Of a DNA stretch of 64,000 nt, positions 16,422 through 29,631 are shown one piece after another. Each line of letters starts with the position of its first letter. Position 1 is the stretch's first letter. The DNA comes from Trypanosoma brucei (lineage: Eukaryota): assembly GCA_000002445.1 (NCBI GenBank), contig CM000207.1:1440001-1504000 (forward strand), written 5' to 3'. The position numbers were made by a program, and so were the translations under genes. The notes beneath the pieces were generated by a model. That model saw only the letters and a program-made list of their open reading frames with translations. It did no database searches and had not been told where the DNA came from.

Positions 16422-17210
16422 CTAACGAGTAATCCTTTTTGCCAGCATCACTGCAAGCAGCAGAAATAGTAATCTTCTCAGGACACCGAAAATTGGGTGG
16501 CTTTGCTTTTCTTGTTTCCGGTGCCTGGAGGGTCTGCGGCGGGTACCTGACACAGCGCTTTCTCTGCTGGAGTCGGTGCCCTTTGGCAGCTCCACCCATC
16601 TACCCGCCTCGTCCATATACATACCAGATTTCAGTTTATTGTACTGTTGACTCATGCCAATGTAATTTCCCATAAACTGAAGCGCACTCCCAAACGTCAT
16701 TTGAATGACACCCGCAAACATCCCGCACATCTCCAAAAGACGCCCTACGAGCATGAAAGTCATTTGACTGCGCTGAAAGTCTTCTGACATCCCCATGCCG
16801 TACATACCAGGCATACCTAATCCACCATATAAGCCACCCATTCCTAAGCCTCCGTACATGCCAGGCATGCCGAGACCTCCATAACCCATTCCTAAGCCTC
16901 CGTAGCCCATGCCGAGACCCCCATAACCCATTCCTAAGCCTCCGTAGCCCATACCAGTGTTGTAGCTGTTCGCATATTCATTATTGTTGTTGTAGCGATT
17001 CGTTTGATCCACCGTGTTTACTGGCATAGCATTTTGAGAAGTACCCGCTGTTCCAGGTGCCGTGACTAGAGCATTAGAAGGTGGTGAAGTGCCCACCGGG
17101 CTCAGGGGTTGCTGTGCTAGTGAAGTGGTGGACGGCAGTTCACCGCTTGGCAGCGGGTTCTGTGCGGCCACTCCACCATTTCCTTCACTGACAGGAACTG
17201 CTGCCGACAT
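16422..17210 (-). CDS. Gly/Tyr/Met-rich YG-repeat membrane protein (possibly PEX13-like)
   Basis: 262-aa ORF with a Pro/Ser/Thr-rich N-terminus. Central 7-aa repeats (GMGYGGL)x4 then GMPGMYGG variants, encoded by a 21-nt tandem DNA repeat at about 16790-16960. A hydrophobic segment follows (FMLVGRLLEMCGMFAGVIQMTFGSALQFMG), and a basic C-terminal region and terminal hydrophobic stretch complete it. YG-rich repeat plus membrane segments resemble the Pex13 N-region. This is pattern recognition only. Confidence 0.45.
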   Translation of the reverse strand: MSAAVPVSEGNGGVAAQNPLPSGELPSTTSLAQQPLSPVGTSPPSNALVTAPGTAGTSQNAMPVNTVDQTNRYNNNNEYANSYNTGMGYGGLGMGYGGLGMGYGGLGMGYGGLGMPGMYGGLGMGGLYGGLGMPGMYGMGMSEDFQRSQMTFMLVGRLLEMCGMFAGVIQMTFGSALQFMGNYIGMSQQYNKLKSGMYMDEAGRWVELPKGTDSSRESAVSGTRRRPSRHRKQEKQSHPIFGVLRRLLFLLLAVMLAKRITR

Positions 17211-17763
17211 CTGTCGTTTCCCTTACTTTACTTTCACTTGCTCTTATTTCTCTGATTGAGTTACCCCACCTGGTCGTTGAGGGTTGAGGGAATCAAGCGA
17301 ATGGATACCTATTAACCCTGCAAAAATATTCCAAGGTGTGCTCACTTTTCGAAGTAAAGTTAACAATGACAATAATTAAATAACAATAAAAGAGACCATA
17401 ATAACACCAGAAAAGAGGAAAATGGAGCAACAAAACCGCACGGTTACCTCTCTCAAGTGAATGTGGCATACAGATTTCATTTCTCCCAACTCCTTTCACG
17501 AAATAGGGTATGGTCATTCGGGATGTTAAAACCACTCTCGTATTACGTAACAATAAATTAAAAAAACTTAATGTATCTCACTTCCCCCCTCGACAACCTC
17601 TCTGTGGGAGAGGGGGTGTATTTTTACCCTTCTCTTCCCTCCATCACACACACCGACTCACTTTTCCTTGATGTGGTTGCTTTCCTTGTCTTTACACCTA
17701 CCTACCTCCCCCTCCACCGCTTTGCCCAAGAAGAAAACAGAACAAAACATTTAAATGTTACAT

Positions 17764-17795
<32 letters not shown>

Positions 17796-19126
17796 GTATA
17801 TTAATATTACTTGCATACCTTCTCCTTACAGCTTTTTTTTCTCCTTTTCCTTCCCTTTCTACCCCTTCCCCTCAACCTTTCTCTTATCCCCCTACAACCA
17901 CCGGAGAACGGAAACACCACCTGCCGTGACGATACCGAGCCAACATGCCCACTTGAAACTTCAGGCGGTACAAGAAAGAAAAAAAAAATACAACAACAGT
18001 AAAGATGGTAGTGAGGGGGAGGAATGAGACTGGGAAGGAAAGGAAGATGATCAGAAGGAGAAACCACAGGCACCCATGCACGCAATCATCCACACAAAAG
18101 CCAAGAACACAAACACACATCCAAACCGAAAGAAAGAAACAGCAGTTGTACGCAAGTCTCCAACACAAACAAACACACACACACACACACACATACAAAA
18201 CATACAACAAGAAAAAATAAATAAACAAAGAAGACGGACAGGTAGAAAAGAAACAAGGTCATGTAAACGAGCCCACCATCGCCCATGCCATTGGGTCCAG
18301 CACATACACACACAAATATACGCAACAGAACTATACCTCTTATATTCCCTTGTCACATCTCCCTATCCACTTCATTTCGCCGTCTTATAACAGATGCCAC
18401 CCAGGTTACTCCTAAAAAGGACTACTGGGGGATAAATACAAATTCACACCTCCCTTCTGCCTCTTCTCCCTCCTTATTTTCCCCTTCTTGTATTTCCTTT
18501 GTATTTTGCACCCGTCGTATCGCGCGGTGGAGTTGCTGTAATACAAAAAAAAAATAATAACATCCCGCTGTTACTGGGATCAGAAAATGAGCTGAAGGGT
18601 GAACAGAAGAAAAAGAAATGAGATGACATGGACGAGAAAGAAACAAACCAAGCAAACGCGCCCCACCTACATATAGTCCGTTTATGATTAAATTACTATT
18701 ATTATTATTAAAAATTGTTTCATATATATATATATATATATCCCGTTTACTCTAAAATTTACGAGGTTCAGACACTCTCATACCTTTGTTTTTGTTTCTT
18801 CCTCCTTACTTCATTCCTCTGGCCCTTTTTCACACAAACATATACGTATAAATTTTCTGTGGTGGCGCTCCTCGCACCAGCCATCTCCTTTTTTCTTCCC
18901 TTTTGATCATTATTGACGTCGGTCCTCCATTCTCTTCTTGGTTGTGCTAGCGTCGAGGAGTTACTTCACTGGTTTCCCCCTGCCCCCCCAATTTTCCTTC
19001 TTTTTTCTTTTTTTTTTCTTCGAATGATTATATTATATTATCTTCTTCTTTTCCTAGTCCTTTTCGGTATTCGCTTATTTGTATCATTGCCTACCCCCTA
19101 GATGTCAATGCTTACTCCATTGTTAA

Positions 19127-19753
19127 TCACGAACGACCCGGATGCTTTGAGGGGTGCTGGAAGGGGCACTGTTCCCCATACTTGCAGGCACCCTTATTAA
19201 AGTACCTGCACATCACTTGGCCGGTGCCCTCGCTGTGTCGGTGGGTGTGATATCCGTGGTTGGCGCCCCGACCGCGACCTCTAATATTACGCATGCCTTT
19301 ACGGTGTGTGCGGCTATCTTCCAAGTTGCCATCCTCCTCATGTTCATCCACTTGGCTCCCTGCGGGTCCCTGCTGCCGCGCGGACGTTGGACGGGTCTGC
19401 TGTTGAGGGTATGGAGATGCCGCCTCATTTGGTTTAGCTCGTAGTTTGTTAGTACCATCTTCTTCCGCCTCCTCAGGTCGGGGTCCGCGTGCTGGCGGCG
19501 TCCCATCACCCGCTTCACCAGGAGGCACGCGATGGCACTCCTCTACGATGTAATTCCCTATTTTCTGCATCCCACTGAGGTCCCCCTTGCAGTCCTTTAG
19601 CTTGAAGTACATCATGTCACTCTTATCCTGAGATACGCCATGCTTCACAACCTTACCATACTTCCCCACTTCCTTTAGCACTTGGTTCACTTCCGAGCTA
19701 CTCACACCTGAAAGCCAGAGAATCATTCTATGCTCCACACCTTTGTTGGATTG

Positions 19754-19784
<31 letters not shown>

Positions 19785-22219
19785 CTACTTTGCGTCGTCC
19801 TAGGTTGTGGGACCTGCAGAGCTGGTTTTGCTGCGCGGCCACGCTTGGAGCTGCCGTTCTCATCCTCCGCCTCCTGTGCGATGTTGTTTTGGATGGAATT
19901 ATTGCTGATAAAGCTGCGCAAATCATTCATCTCATGACCATCCCTATCATGCTGCGACTTCTCGTTGGAATGTAGAGCGGCCCAAAGCGTTTGAGATTGC
20001 TGAGACCCCAGATACGTCCTTAAACGTTCATCGTACATCTCCCTCGACATCGTTAGTAGCTCCTCCTTTTTTATGCCCGCCTCCAAAACGCTATTAACAA
20101 TCGATTCCGGTACATTCCGTTCGCGAAGAAGGCGCCGCAGCTCTGAGGCAGGTGGTGGCGACAAGTTAGCACTCGACAAGGCCCAAGTCATCTCATCATT
20201 CATCATGTCAACAGACATCGGTGCAGACGCCGGTGACGACGTATAACGGTGTGGCGGCTGCTGAAGGTGATGGTGATGGTGATGATGATGATGATGATGG
20301 TGGTGATGGTGATGGTGCACAGGGGCCACATGCTGCGCATGAAATATCGAATGGTGATGCGCCGGAACAATCGGTACTTGATGCGTTGCCTCTCCACCCA
20401 CAGAAGACGGTGCGCTCGGCTGAGGTGGCGGCTGCTGAGGTAATTTCGTCGGATGGAAGGAGACGTTGTGGTGGTGAAGGGGTTTTATTTGCGCCGGAGC
20501 CGCTTCCGCATTGTGTGCCATCGGTTTAGTTTCAGGTGCAGCGGTATGCTCTTGCTTCACGTTGTAAGAGGGTTGCGGTGGCGGAGGCGACGGGGGCACA
20601 ATTGGTTGCTGCTGCATAACGTCGTGGTGATGGTGGTGTATGTGGTGGTGATGGTGGTGGTGGTGGTGAGGCTGCTGCTGCTGTTGTTGATTCTGTTGAC
20701 TCTGCTGGTGGTGCTGAATTAGATGCAAGTGGTGATGGTGGTGCGGTAGCGGCCGCTGCGCGCTCGGCGGAGGAGGTGACACCGCACCGACAGCAGGAGT
20801 CGCAGGGGCGGTGGTGTTCATCGCACTGATTTGAGGCGAGGGCTGTTGAGACGCCATCGACGGTGTTGGTTGCGGTATCGGTTGCTTCGTCATGGTGGGG
20901 TGCTGAATATACTGATTCGCGTTGTGTCGCTGAGGTGCAATTACCCTTGCACTCGTCGGAGAGCCTGTGGGCCCTATATGATGTGGATGTTGATTGTGAT
21001 TAACATGCGATGGCACCGGCGGTGAGTTGTTACGTACGTTATAATTCGGCTGCGACACGCCCGCTGCACCCTGCTGGGGGGTCGGTGACGGACCCATACC
21101 ACGCCATGCCCCGCGCTGGTGTGAAGCTTCATCGTGGCCCTGTAAACTCTGCTGATGCAAAACGCGGTCGACTGGTCGTTTCGGCAGCCCCGTCGCCACA
21201 GGAATCCGTGGGAACGCATCGTTCTGTGGGTTCTCAAGCTGCTGATGATGCCGATCCTGCTGCTGCAATCCAACTGGCCCAGTTCCTACTACGACATGAT
21301 GGTGATGGTGATGGTGGTGATGGTGGTGAGGCACACTAGGAACCTGTGGCCGTTGTGGGGCAGTGAACTGATTCACTGGCAGACGGGCTCGAAGCTGATG
21401 GTGATGAGCATGATGAGGAAGCACCTCCCGCTCAGCCTCCACGTGCTTCCTCTGAGCGTTAGACCACCCACCGGTAGTGACCGACGGAATCACCTCCTCC
21501 TCCGGCTGATTCATTCCTGCCGGTGCTGCTCCATCCGCATATGTGTTGGAGACCCGCGGCAATTTGGCTTCGACAGTGGGCTGAACTTCGCCCCTGCGTT
21601 CCTTGCCAAACTCAGTAAACGATGGTCGCGCGAGTCCTACAGCGTTTCCGTACGACTGCGATTGAACGGCACCACGAGCGCCGTCGCTGTAGGTGTTGGA
21701 GCCGCCCGTGCGATTCGACGGGGGGTTTATAAGTTCCTGAGCCTGGTGTACCAATGCCTCCAGAGCCGACGGTGAGCAGATGGCATGAAACAAGTAGACG
21801 TCGTCCAGGGAACTCCCTATAACGGTTGCAAGCATTCTTGCATGCTCGGCACCGTAGCTAAGCTCCAGATTGGAGTAGAGCATGTCACCCAATTGCGAGC
21901 GCAGCAAGCGCGGCTCGACCTCGCTTCTAAGAATATCCACGAGTACCACAGATGCCCCAGAAAATGCTGAGTACATGTCCTCCACAGTACTGTTTATGAG
22001 GCCACGCCGAAACACCTCCCGTTCCAGCACACGAGTCAACACACCAAAGTTCTGCCGTAGGTGAAGGAGGGCAACGGGTGTATTGTCTTGGTTCTTATCC
22101 TCCTCCCCCTGCGCCGATGCTGAATGGTTGTCATCTCGCTCTCTTTGTTGCTCCTCCGCATTAGCCGGTAGGGAAGTAAGCGTTTCGGGAGCTTCCTTCT
22201 CCTTTTCGCTAGAATACAT
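19127..22219 (-). CDS. large CCCH zinc-finger protein (1030 aa) with poly-His/poly-Gln low-complexity regions
   Basis: Single C-terminal C-x7-C-x5-C-x3-H finger (CRYFNKGACKYGEQCPFQH). Several homopolymer runs, including H17, H11, H9 and Q12 tracts, encoded by CAC/CAT and CAG repeats. The N-terminal 200 aa are non-repetitive. Size and architecture fit a T. brucei ZC3H-family RNA-binding protein. It could be ZC3H28, but that is an uncertain recollection. Confidence 0.75.
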
Positions 22220-23319
22220 TGGGCTAGCCTGCCGTAAAAAAGCAACAATGAGATATATAACTGATCCTAATCTACGTTGTTGTTGTAATTAATGGTTGTT
22301 GCGAGTCCCGCCCGGGTGCGCAGTGACGAGTAGTGTCGAAAGCGCACAACAGCACGCGGACATGCGTAAAAAAGAAACAGAAAGAAGGTTAGGGTAGTTA
22401 GAGACGTGCTTGTTTCCCGTTAATGTATCGCCAAATACGCGTGTATGTTGTCGAAACTGTAGTGAAAGAGGGCACAGCACCAGAGAGTGAAGAGGAGAGA
22501 GAGTTCTCCCACTTATCTTACACTTCTCTAGTTGCAGCACTACTTTCAACGATTTTCTTTCCCCACAAGACGAACGACAAAACTCAACTCTTTATCTTTC
22601 TCTTGTTTTTTACCCTCCTCATTTTTACCATTTGTAACTTTCCACTTCATTTCATTATTCATAACATATATATATATATATATATATATATACTCTTAAT
22701 ATTTCCCCTCTATATGGGGGAAAAAAAGAGCCAACATAACCCCCCGTATGTGTTTCTGTCGTTCCTCAAGTCCCTCCCCACCCATATAAAAGTTCGCATA
22801 CTAAACTGCCAAACACACTACAAAACGCCAACAAACTGACATATATATACATGTATACATATATATACATCTGTATACGCGTTTGTTTATTTCATTACTG
22901 AAGACATGAAGGTACACTAACCACTCTATCATCCCTTTTAATTTCTCCTTTCACCTCCACTCTTTGACAGATACTACAAAACTTCGGCGTTTTTCCCTCC
23001 TCCTTCCCTTCATCCTACACGAAAACAAACACACAAACGCAAACCCGTTCTTCTCTTCGTACTCAGAAGCATCGTCAAAACTATTCTCTTCACACCATTC
23101 TCTTGAAGAAGGGTGGACCGTACCCCAATGAATGAAGAAACAAAATGGGAAGGGGAAAAAAAAAACACAAACAAACGATTTTGGAGCCTCAGTTTCATTC
23201 CTACCATAATAATAATAATAATCATCATCACCATCGATGTTAAGATTATCTTCATTACTTACCTCCATCAACTCATTCCGCTTTTCGCCAGGACAAATCA
23301 AATCACGAAAAAAAAAAAG

Positions 23320-23341
23320 AAGGAAGGAAGGAAGGAAGGAA
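23320..23341. repeat. (GAAG)n / (GGAA)n tetranucleotide repeat
   Basis: gaaggaaggaaggaaggaagga visible at this position. The mirror-image (CCTTCCTT) tract occurs at about 25111-25130. Confidence 0.9.
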
Positions 23342-26300
23342 TGGAGTAACTGCAACAACCAAAGGAAAACCAAGGTAACGAGAAATAAATGCTGTCAACA
23401 ACCCCTTAAACAAACTCTCTCCCTTACCTGCCTTTTCCACTTCAATCAACCAACCGCACACACTCACAAACACAAACACAAATATGCGGACGCAAACTCA
23501 TTATTATTCTTCCTCCTCCTATCATTATCTTAAATGATTCCTTTCTTTCTCTTTCCAACATTCACAAACCCCATTATAAAAATGGCACCGCCATTAAAAT
23601 ACCACCACACACACACACACACGGATGGAAAGAAGATGGGGAGCGATCGCTCATATTTTTTTTTTCTTTTTGCGTTTATTTTTACTATTACTTTAGTTTT
23701 TGTTGTAGTTTCACCTCCATTTTGATTGTAAGGGTCGCTCTTGCATGGAGATGTGACGCCTTATTCGCACGTCCATATCCTTTTGTTTTTTGTTTTTGTT
23801 TTTTTGAGTGTCCGCGTTGCTGCAGTTGCAAATTCACTCTGCCTTGCATGAAGGCGAAGGACAGGTAAACAGGTAAAAGGAGGACAAAACGAAACCGTCA
23901 AAGCAGAAGAAAAACAACAATAAATAATAATAATAATAAAACAAAAACAAAGGAAAAAAAGGGGGTGAGAAATAAGAAAGAAAAAAACATAGTACTGTTC
24001 CTAACACAAACACGTTCGTCATTCGCAAAATCGTAACCGTAGAAATAAACCGTGCAAATGTTGATCACCGGAGGTGACGATGGACACCTGAGTTATTTAT
24101 TCGTTACCGTCATGATTTATGTGACTTCTTTTTTTTTTTTCCCCGCCTATTTCTTATTTGTTGCTTCACCTCTCATTTTGCCTCTTTTATTTCATCTCCT
24201 TCTTTTGCTTCGTCGTGTTTTCCTCATTTCATTTCCAACAGCACCACCAACGTCCTGCACGGTAACAACAACAACAATAATAATAATAATAATAATGAAA
24301 TGTCACATGTACGGTGTAAAATATGAAAACAACAGTAATGACAGCATTAATGATTGTGTGTCTTTCATTTTCACACACATATACGCGCATGCATACGGAA
24401 ATCAATATCGAGAGACACAAGCGAATTGAAATGAATGGAGGAAACAAAAGGAAAAAAAAACAAACAAAAGATGGCGATCAAAAAGAAAAAAGTGAACGAA
24501 TGAATGAACGAACGAATCAATCAATAAAAGCTCCCCAAGGACGGTTTCATAAATTCTGCATGAAGCCAACATTGGAACAATCACTACCGATTCATGTATT
24601 ATTTATTTCTCTTCACCCTCCTCTCTTCTTCCACCATGTAACATTTCGTTTAATCATTCATGCGCTTTTATCATGTGGAAGAGGGATTATTACCCCTTTT
24701 CTTTATTTCACACACATCAATACACGCATATGTGTGCGTGTACGGAAAAGCATATAATGTATATTTGTGTTATATGCATGTGTGGTATTTACATATAAAA
24801 CCACCACAAAACAAACACATGTTTACCATTAGAACTGTTCATTTAACCTTCTTGAGCGTGTGTAACATCACGTTATGAAACTGAGAGCATTTAAGTGGTA
24901 TTATATGTTTCTTTTCTTTTTTTTAAAAATACTTGTCTTTCTTCATGTTTGTGTGTTTGTCACGTTTTTTTTTCCTCCTCCTCCTCCTCCGCCTCTTCTT
25001 TTTCTCCTCTCTTCTTTCAACATCTCCCTCCATACATATTTCCATCCAATCACCACCAACTCTTCCTTTCAAAAGGAAAAAAAAAACACAAATCACACAT
25101 TTCATCTTCCTTCCTTCCATCCTTCCTTCCTTCTTTTTTTTACTTTTCTTTCCCATTCCGCTATCTGTATATACATGAATACATACATATAAATAAATAT
25201 ATCTATCATTAATATTAGTAATGATTCTTAGAAATTGTAATAATAATAATAATAAAGAATTGTTTATTACTGACTTAAACTCACTTTTCTTTTTTATTAA
25301 TTTTTGGTGGTGTAAAACAACAACAACAACAATTAATCTTCTTCTTTGCTATTTGCTTCGTTTATTTCGCGGATGCCTCCCTTTAATTTTTCCTTTTTTT
25401 TCCTTTTGAATCCTCTCGTTTGTTCTACTACCAGTGTGTGTGTGTGTGTGTGCGTTTGCATTGGTTTCTTGGTTTCGAGTTTCCGACAACAAAAAAAAAA
25501 GGAAAAATTAAAAAAAACACTAAAAATGATTTCCTTATTTTCAATCATTTAACCAAAAGTCACAACAGAATTGACCAAAAATCAAAAAAAAAGAAAGCAG
25601 TGGAGGAAAAATATACGACTGCATAATTTCATCATCCCAAACCTCTTCTTCTCTTTTCTCTTTGTTTTTGTTTTTTATTTTGCTTCTACTGAGTATCATA
25701 ATTTGTTTCCGCTGTCACAATACTGAAGCAATAACACAAAAAAAAAAAGAAGAGAGAAGAGGGAGGGGGGAAAAAATGGAAGAAAAATAGTAACACACCT
25801 TGTTTTAATGGGAAGAACCCCCTCATCTCCCTTATTTTTTTCCTTTACAAAAAAATTGAACTGAACTTTGAGCTAAACGGTCATGGGCGACATCTAGTAT
25901 TCAAACTTTATTTTTATTTTTTCGCTTTAGTTTCTTTTTTTTTTTAAAAAAAATTGTGTGTATGTGTGTTCTCATTTATTTATTTTAGGGATTTTGCCGT
26001 TCCTTTTTCTTATTTACTCTGTATAGATGGATGTGTATGCGAACCGGCATTTCTGTTCTCTTCTCTTCTTCCTCCCCCTTTATTCGATTTCTTTCTTTCT
26101 TTCTTTCTTTTTCTCTCTAATTTTATTACTTTTCTCATCTTTCTTTGTCATATCGACCGTCTAGCTATTTTCACCATTTGAAGTAGTTAGTATTATTATT
26201 ATTATTTTTATATTCTTATTATCCTTATTATTATTATTACCACAGTAACAACCTGGTAAAAAAAAAAAAAAGACTCATCTTCCGCTGCCTTACTTCGCTG

Positions 26301-27287
26301 TCGTTCCCTGCAGTTGTAATTTTTTTTTTTTCACCTCCCTTCTTTCCCTCTCTTCTCGTGTTTGAAGAACAGAAAGGGAAAAGGGGGAGGGGGGAGAAAA
26401 ACAAAAAAAACGTCAGAGCGGTTGCTTTGAACTTGACACCTATATCAATTAGACTACTGTTGCATAATAATAAATGAATACATATATGTATATATATATA
26501 TATTCATTTACGTAACAAAAAAAAAAAGTCAACAAACACAAAAAAATTACAAAATTTATTTTTTTTGTTTTTTTTCTCTTCCCTTCCTCCCTCCCTTCCT
26601 TCCATTTACTCGTCCCCCTTTTTTTTTTTGTCTTTTTGTCTTTTTGTCTTTTTGGTGTTGTTGTTTCTCTTTTCTATACCTTCCCCCTCTTTCCTCTACA
26701 ATTTGTTTGTTTCACACACTTACCTTCTCCCATCTCACCCGCAAACTAAATTTCCTTTTATAACTCACTCCATTCATTAGGAATTAATACCTCCAACTTC
26801 GCAACTTCTTTTTCTTCACAACAACAAACAAAGAACGGAAGCAAAATAATATATAAAAATATATATAAATAAGAAGAGGAAATTATTACCCCCTCCCCAT
26901 TTCATTAGTTAATTCACACCCGCATTTCCTTTCTCCTTAACTCTCCTCCTCCTTCTCCTTATATTACTTTTTTTCTGTTGTGCCTCCCACCCCCTTCCCA
27001 GTTTTAATCTGTAGGAAAATTTTTTAAAAAAAACATATAAACAAACACTAGCAACTGAAACTCGCATACTACATATCATATAACAAACAAGCGGGGAAGA
27101 GGGAAATTGGGGAGTGAGAAGTAAGTGAGGAATAAGTGAACAAAAAAACTTTTAAAAAAAGGAAAAGGAAAAGGAAACAAAAAAGAAACAAAAAAGATAT
27201 GAATAAGGGGGGAAAAACCTCCCACTATCAAACGCACAATGTGAATAGAAAACCATACACGACTTGTGTCTTAATCTCATTTTATCC

Positions 27288-27332
27288 TCCTTTCCTTTCC
27301 TTTTCCTTTTCCTTTTCCTTTTCCTTTCCTTC
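27288..27332. repeat. (CCTTTT)n hexanucleotide repeat within a larger pyrimidine-rich block
   Basis: tcctttcctttccttttccttttccttttccttttcctttcc. The nearby 27651-27720 stretch is an AAT/AAC-rich trinucleotide run. Confidence 0.9.
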
Positions 27333-28581
27333 TCTATCTTCACACATACATACAAAAACAAACAAACAAACAAACACACGCCAATTTCCTTTATTCACTT
27401 TTCTTCCTCCTTTCCATTTCGTACGTGCACATAAATAAATATACATGCGCATAAATATAAATAAATGCATATCCCACACCTCATTGCTCTCTTTTCTTTT
27501 TCGTTCTTTCTCTTTTCCTTTTTCTCTTTTCTCTTTTCCTCTTCCTTTTTCTTTATTTCTCTCCTTATTTCTATCTATCTTTTTACTCCACACTCTGCGG
27601 AGTCGCGTCCATTTGAGAGGCGAATAGCGTGCGAAAGACACAGAAACAACAAAATCAACAGCAACAACAAATAATAATAATAATAGCAATAACAATAACA
27701 ATAACAACAATAATAATAATAGCGAAAAAAAAATTAAAGGAAAAAAGAAAAAGAAAAGAAGAGAGACAAGAAAAGCTTCCGCCTGCGGACATACAGTAAG
27801 CAAGTAAGCGAAAAAAAAAAAGAAGTATAAAAGGAAAGAAAAGAAAAAGGGAGGAACCCATAGGTGAAGGAAGGTATGACAGGCGCATTCTTATACGAAA
27901 TCCCACTAGGAGAGAAGAAAAAGGAAGGGAATAACAAAATGATGAGGGGAAATGAACCTGAAGCACTACACGACTGGACACACCAGCACATGTGTATAAA
28001 ACAAAGAAAAAAAAACCAAAAAAATGGCAAAAGAAAATAGGAAGCAAGACGGCAGTGGTGGCTGAAACGCGAAAGAGGAACAAAATTGAGGGGAGTGGAA
28101 GGAGAGAAACACTAAACAATAACAACAACAAAAAAAAAGCGAGTAGCTGAGGAAATGTGGTGAGGTGTGTGAACAGAAACAAAATAAAAAAGAAAAAAAA
28201 TGGGTGTTAAATAAAGACAGAAAGAAAAAAAAAGAAAAAAACAGGCGGAGGAAACTTAATGCAAGATCAAATTTATTACTCTTGCCCCTTTTTTTCATAT
28301 TAGTGACACACACACACACACACACACAGAACATTTCCCCCTCAGCCATCTAAAGGAAAAACAAACAAACAAACAAACACAGATCGCGTCCATCACCCCA
28401 TTCAGGTCCTTCAACACCTCCCCAACACTGTATGAATTGAGTAACGCGTACGAAAACGCAAGAAAAATGGGGCAAAAAACAAAGAGAACAACTGGAAGGA
28501 AGGGAGGACACACACATAAAAAAAAAACGGAAAGATAATTATGAATCACCGAAGAAAAAAAAAAAGAAATTCCGCGTTGAA

Positions 28582-29631
28582 TCACCACAACGGCACGGAC
28601 CGTGTTCGTAGGCTGTCGTCCCACAACAAAGACAATCCGTCGGGCTGCTGTTGCAACTGTAACTGCGACTGTGATTGTTGTTGCTGAGTCGGCAATGTAG
28701 TGGCCTTCGGCTCTAACAAACTGTGGAGTCCCCATACCGGGTCACTGAACATGACCGTCTCATCGGCCTTCTCGGTTAAATGTGTAACTGAGGTGCGTCT
28801 TGTGAGGTCCACTGGGACACGTGTACTTCCCACCAAAAGCGATTTGGCGACCGCTCCGCCAACTCCACCGGTGTTGTTGGAAGCAGTGATGGGAGTATTA
28901 GTGCTGCCGTTTGCACTCGTCACCGTCGATGTTGCGGTGGCAGCTCCAAAACCCAGTACAGGTGCCAGAAGGGCATTATTCGTGGCCATATTTTGAAGCG
29001 GTGAAGGAATGGTAACGGCGGATGTTGTACCGTGCTCAAATGTGCACTCATTGCTCATGCACCCCACAGATGAACGGAAGAACATGCACTCTACACGGCC
29101 GCGTTTGGCGTTACTGAGGAGCTTGTCCCACTTGCTGCTTGTGGTGGTGTGACTCTTAAGGTAATAATGCATCATCGACCAAAATACGGCCGGCTCACCC
29201 ACAAAATACAGAAGGCCACCCGCACGAAGCTGTTCATTTCCCTCCAGCTCTTGTAACTGCGCCTTAACTTCATTAGCTGATAGCAACCGTGGAATAGGGA
29301 TGGGAGCCAAAGGAGGGGGAAGCTCAACTGCACATCGTGTGCATCCCTCAGCAAAGTTGTATTGCTTTATCTCGAAGTTGCCTTCCAATGCTTCTTTAAG
29401 TATGGCGCAACGCTCCTTCTGGACTCGTTGTTGATGAAAGCCAATATACGAAGGGTTGGTAGAGGCCTCATCAACAGATGGGCGTTCCACCTCGTGCGAG
29501 AAACGACATGATGTACCCCAAGTGCACCGCCCACGGGCGAAGTGCCGACATACGCGCTGACTCTTCGGTGCTGCGGGGGTAACACCGGTGCGCAAACTCT
29601 CCGTGATGACCTGTGTCATGTTAATGGGCAA
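28582..29631 (-). CDS. CCCH zinc-finger protein (349 aa, two fingers)
   Basis: N-terminal finger CRHFARGRCTWGTSCRFSH (C-x7-C-x5-C-x3-H). A second, degenerate finger CMFFRSSVGCMSNECTFEH follows. Ser/Thr/Gln-rich C-terminus. Confidence 0.7.
   Translation of the reverse strand: MPINMTQVITESLRTGVTPAAPKSQRVCRHFARGRCTWGTSCRFSHEVERPSVDEASTNPSYIGFHQQRVQKERCAILKEALEGNFEIKQYNFAEGCTRCAVELPPPLAPIPIPRLLSANEVKAQLQELEGNEQLRAGGLLYFVGEPAVFWSMMHYYLKSHTTTSSKWDKLLSNAKRGRVECMFFRSSVGCMSNECTFEHGTTSAVTIPSPLQNMATNNALLAPVLGFGAATATSTVTSANGSTNTPITASNNTGGVGGAVAKSLLVGSTRVPVDLTRRTSVTHLTEKADETVMFSDPVWGLHSLLEPKATTLPTQQQQSQSQLQLQQQPDGLSLLWDDSLRTRSVPLW

Noticed and set aside
21155-21775. 206-aa + strand ORF, and several other + strand ORFs between 19154 and 22292
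   Set aside because: They lie antisense or out of frame inside the large CCCH gene and are built from poly-His/Gln codon repeats (MVMVMVV..., RRRR... translations). They are an artefact of the coding microsatellites.
27282-28735. Minus-strand ORFs of 173, 175, 127 and 146 aa in the 22-28.6 kb gap
   Set aside because: Their translations are homopolymeric or low-complexity (LLLLLL, FFFF, KEKEKE, CVCVCV). They come from simple-sequence DNA and are not credible proteins.
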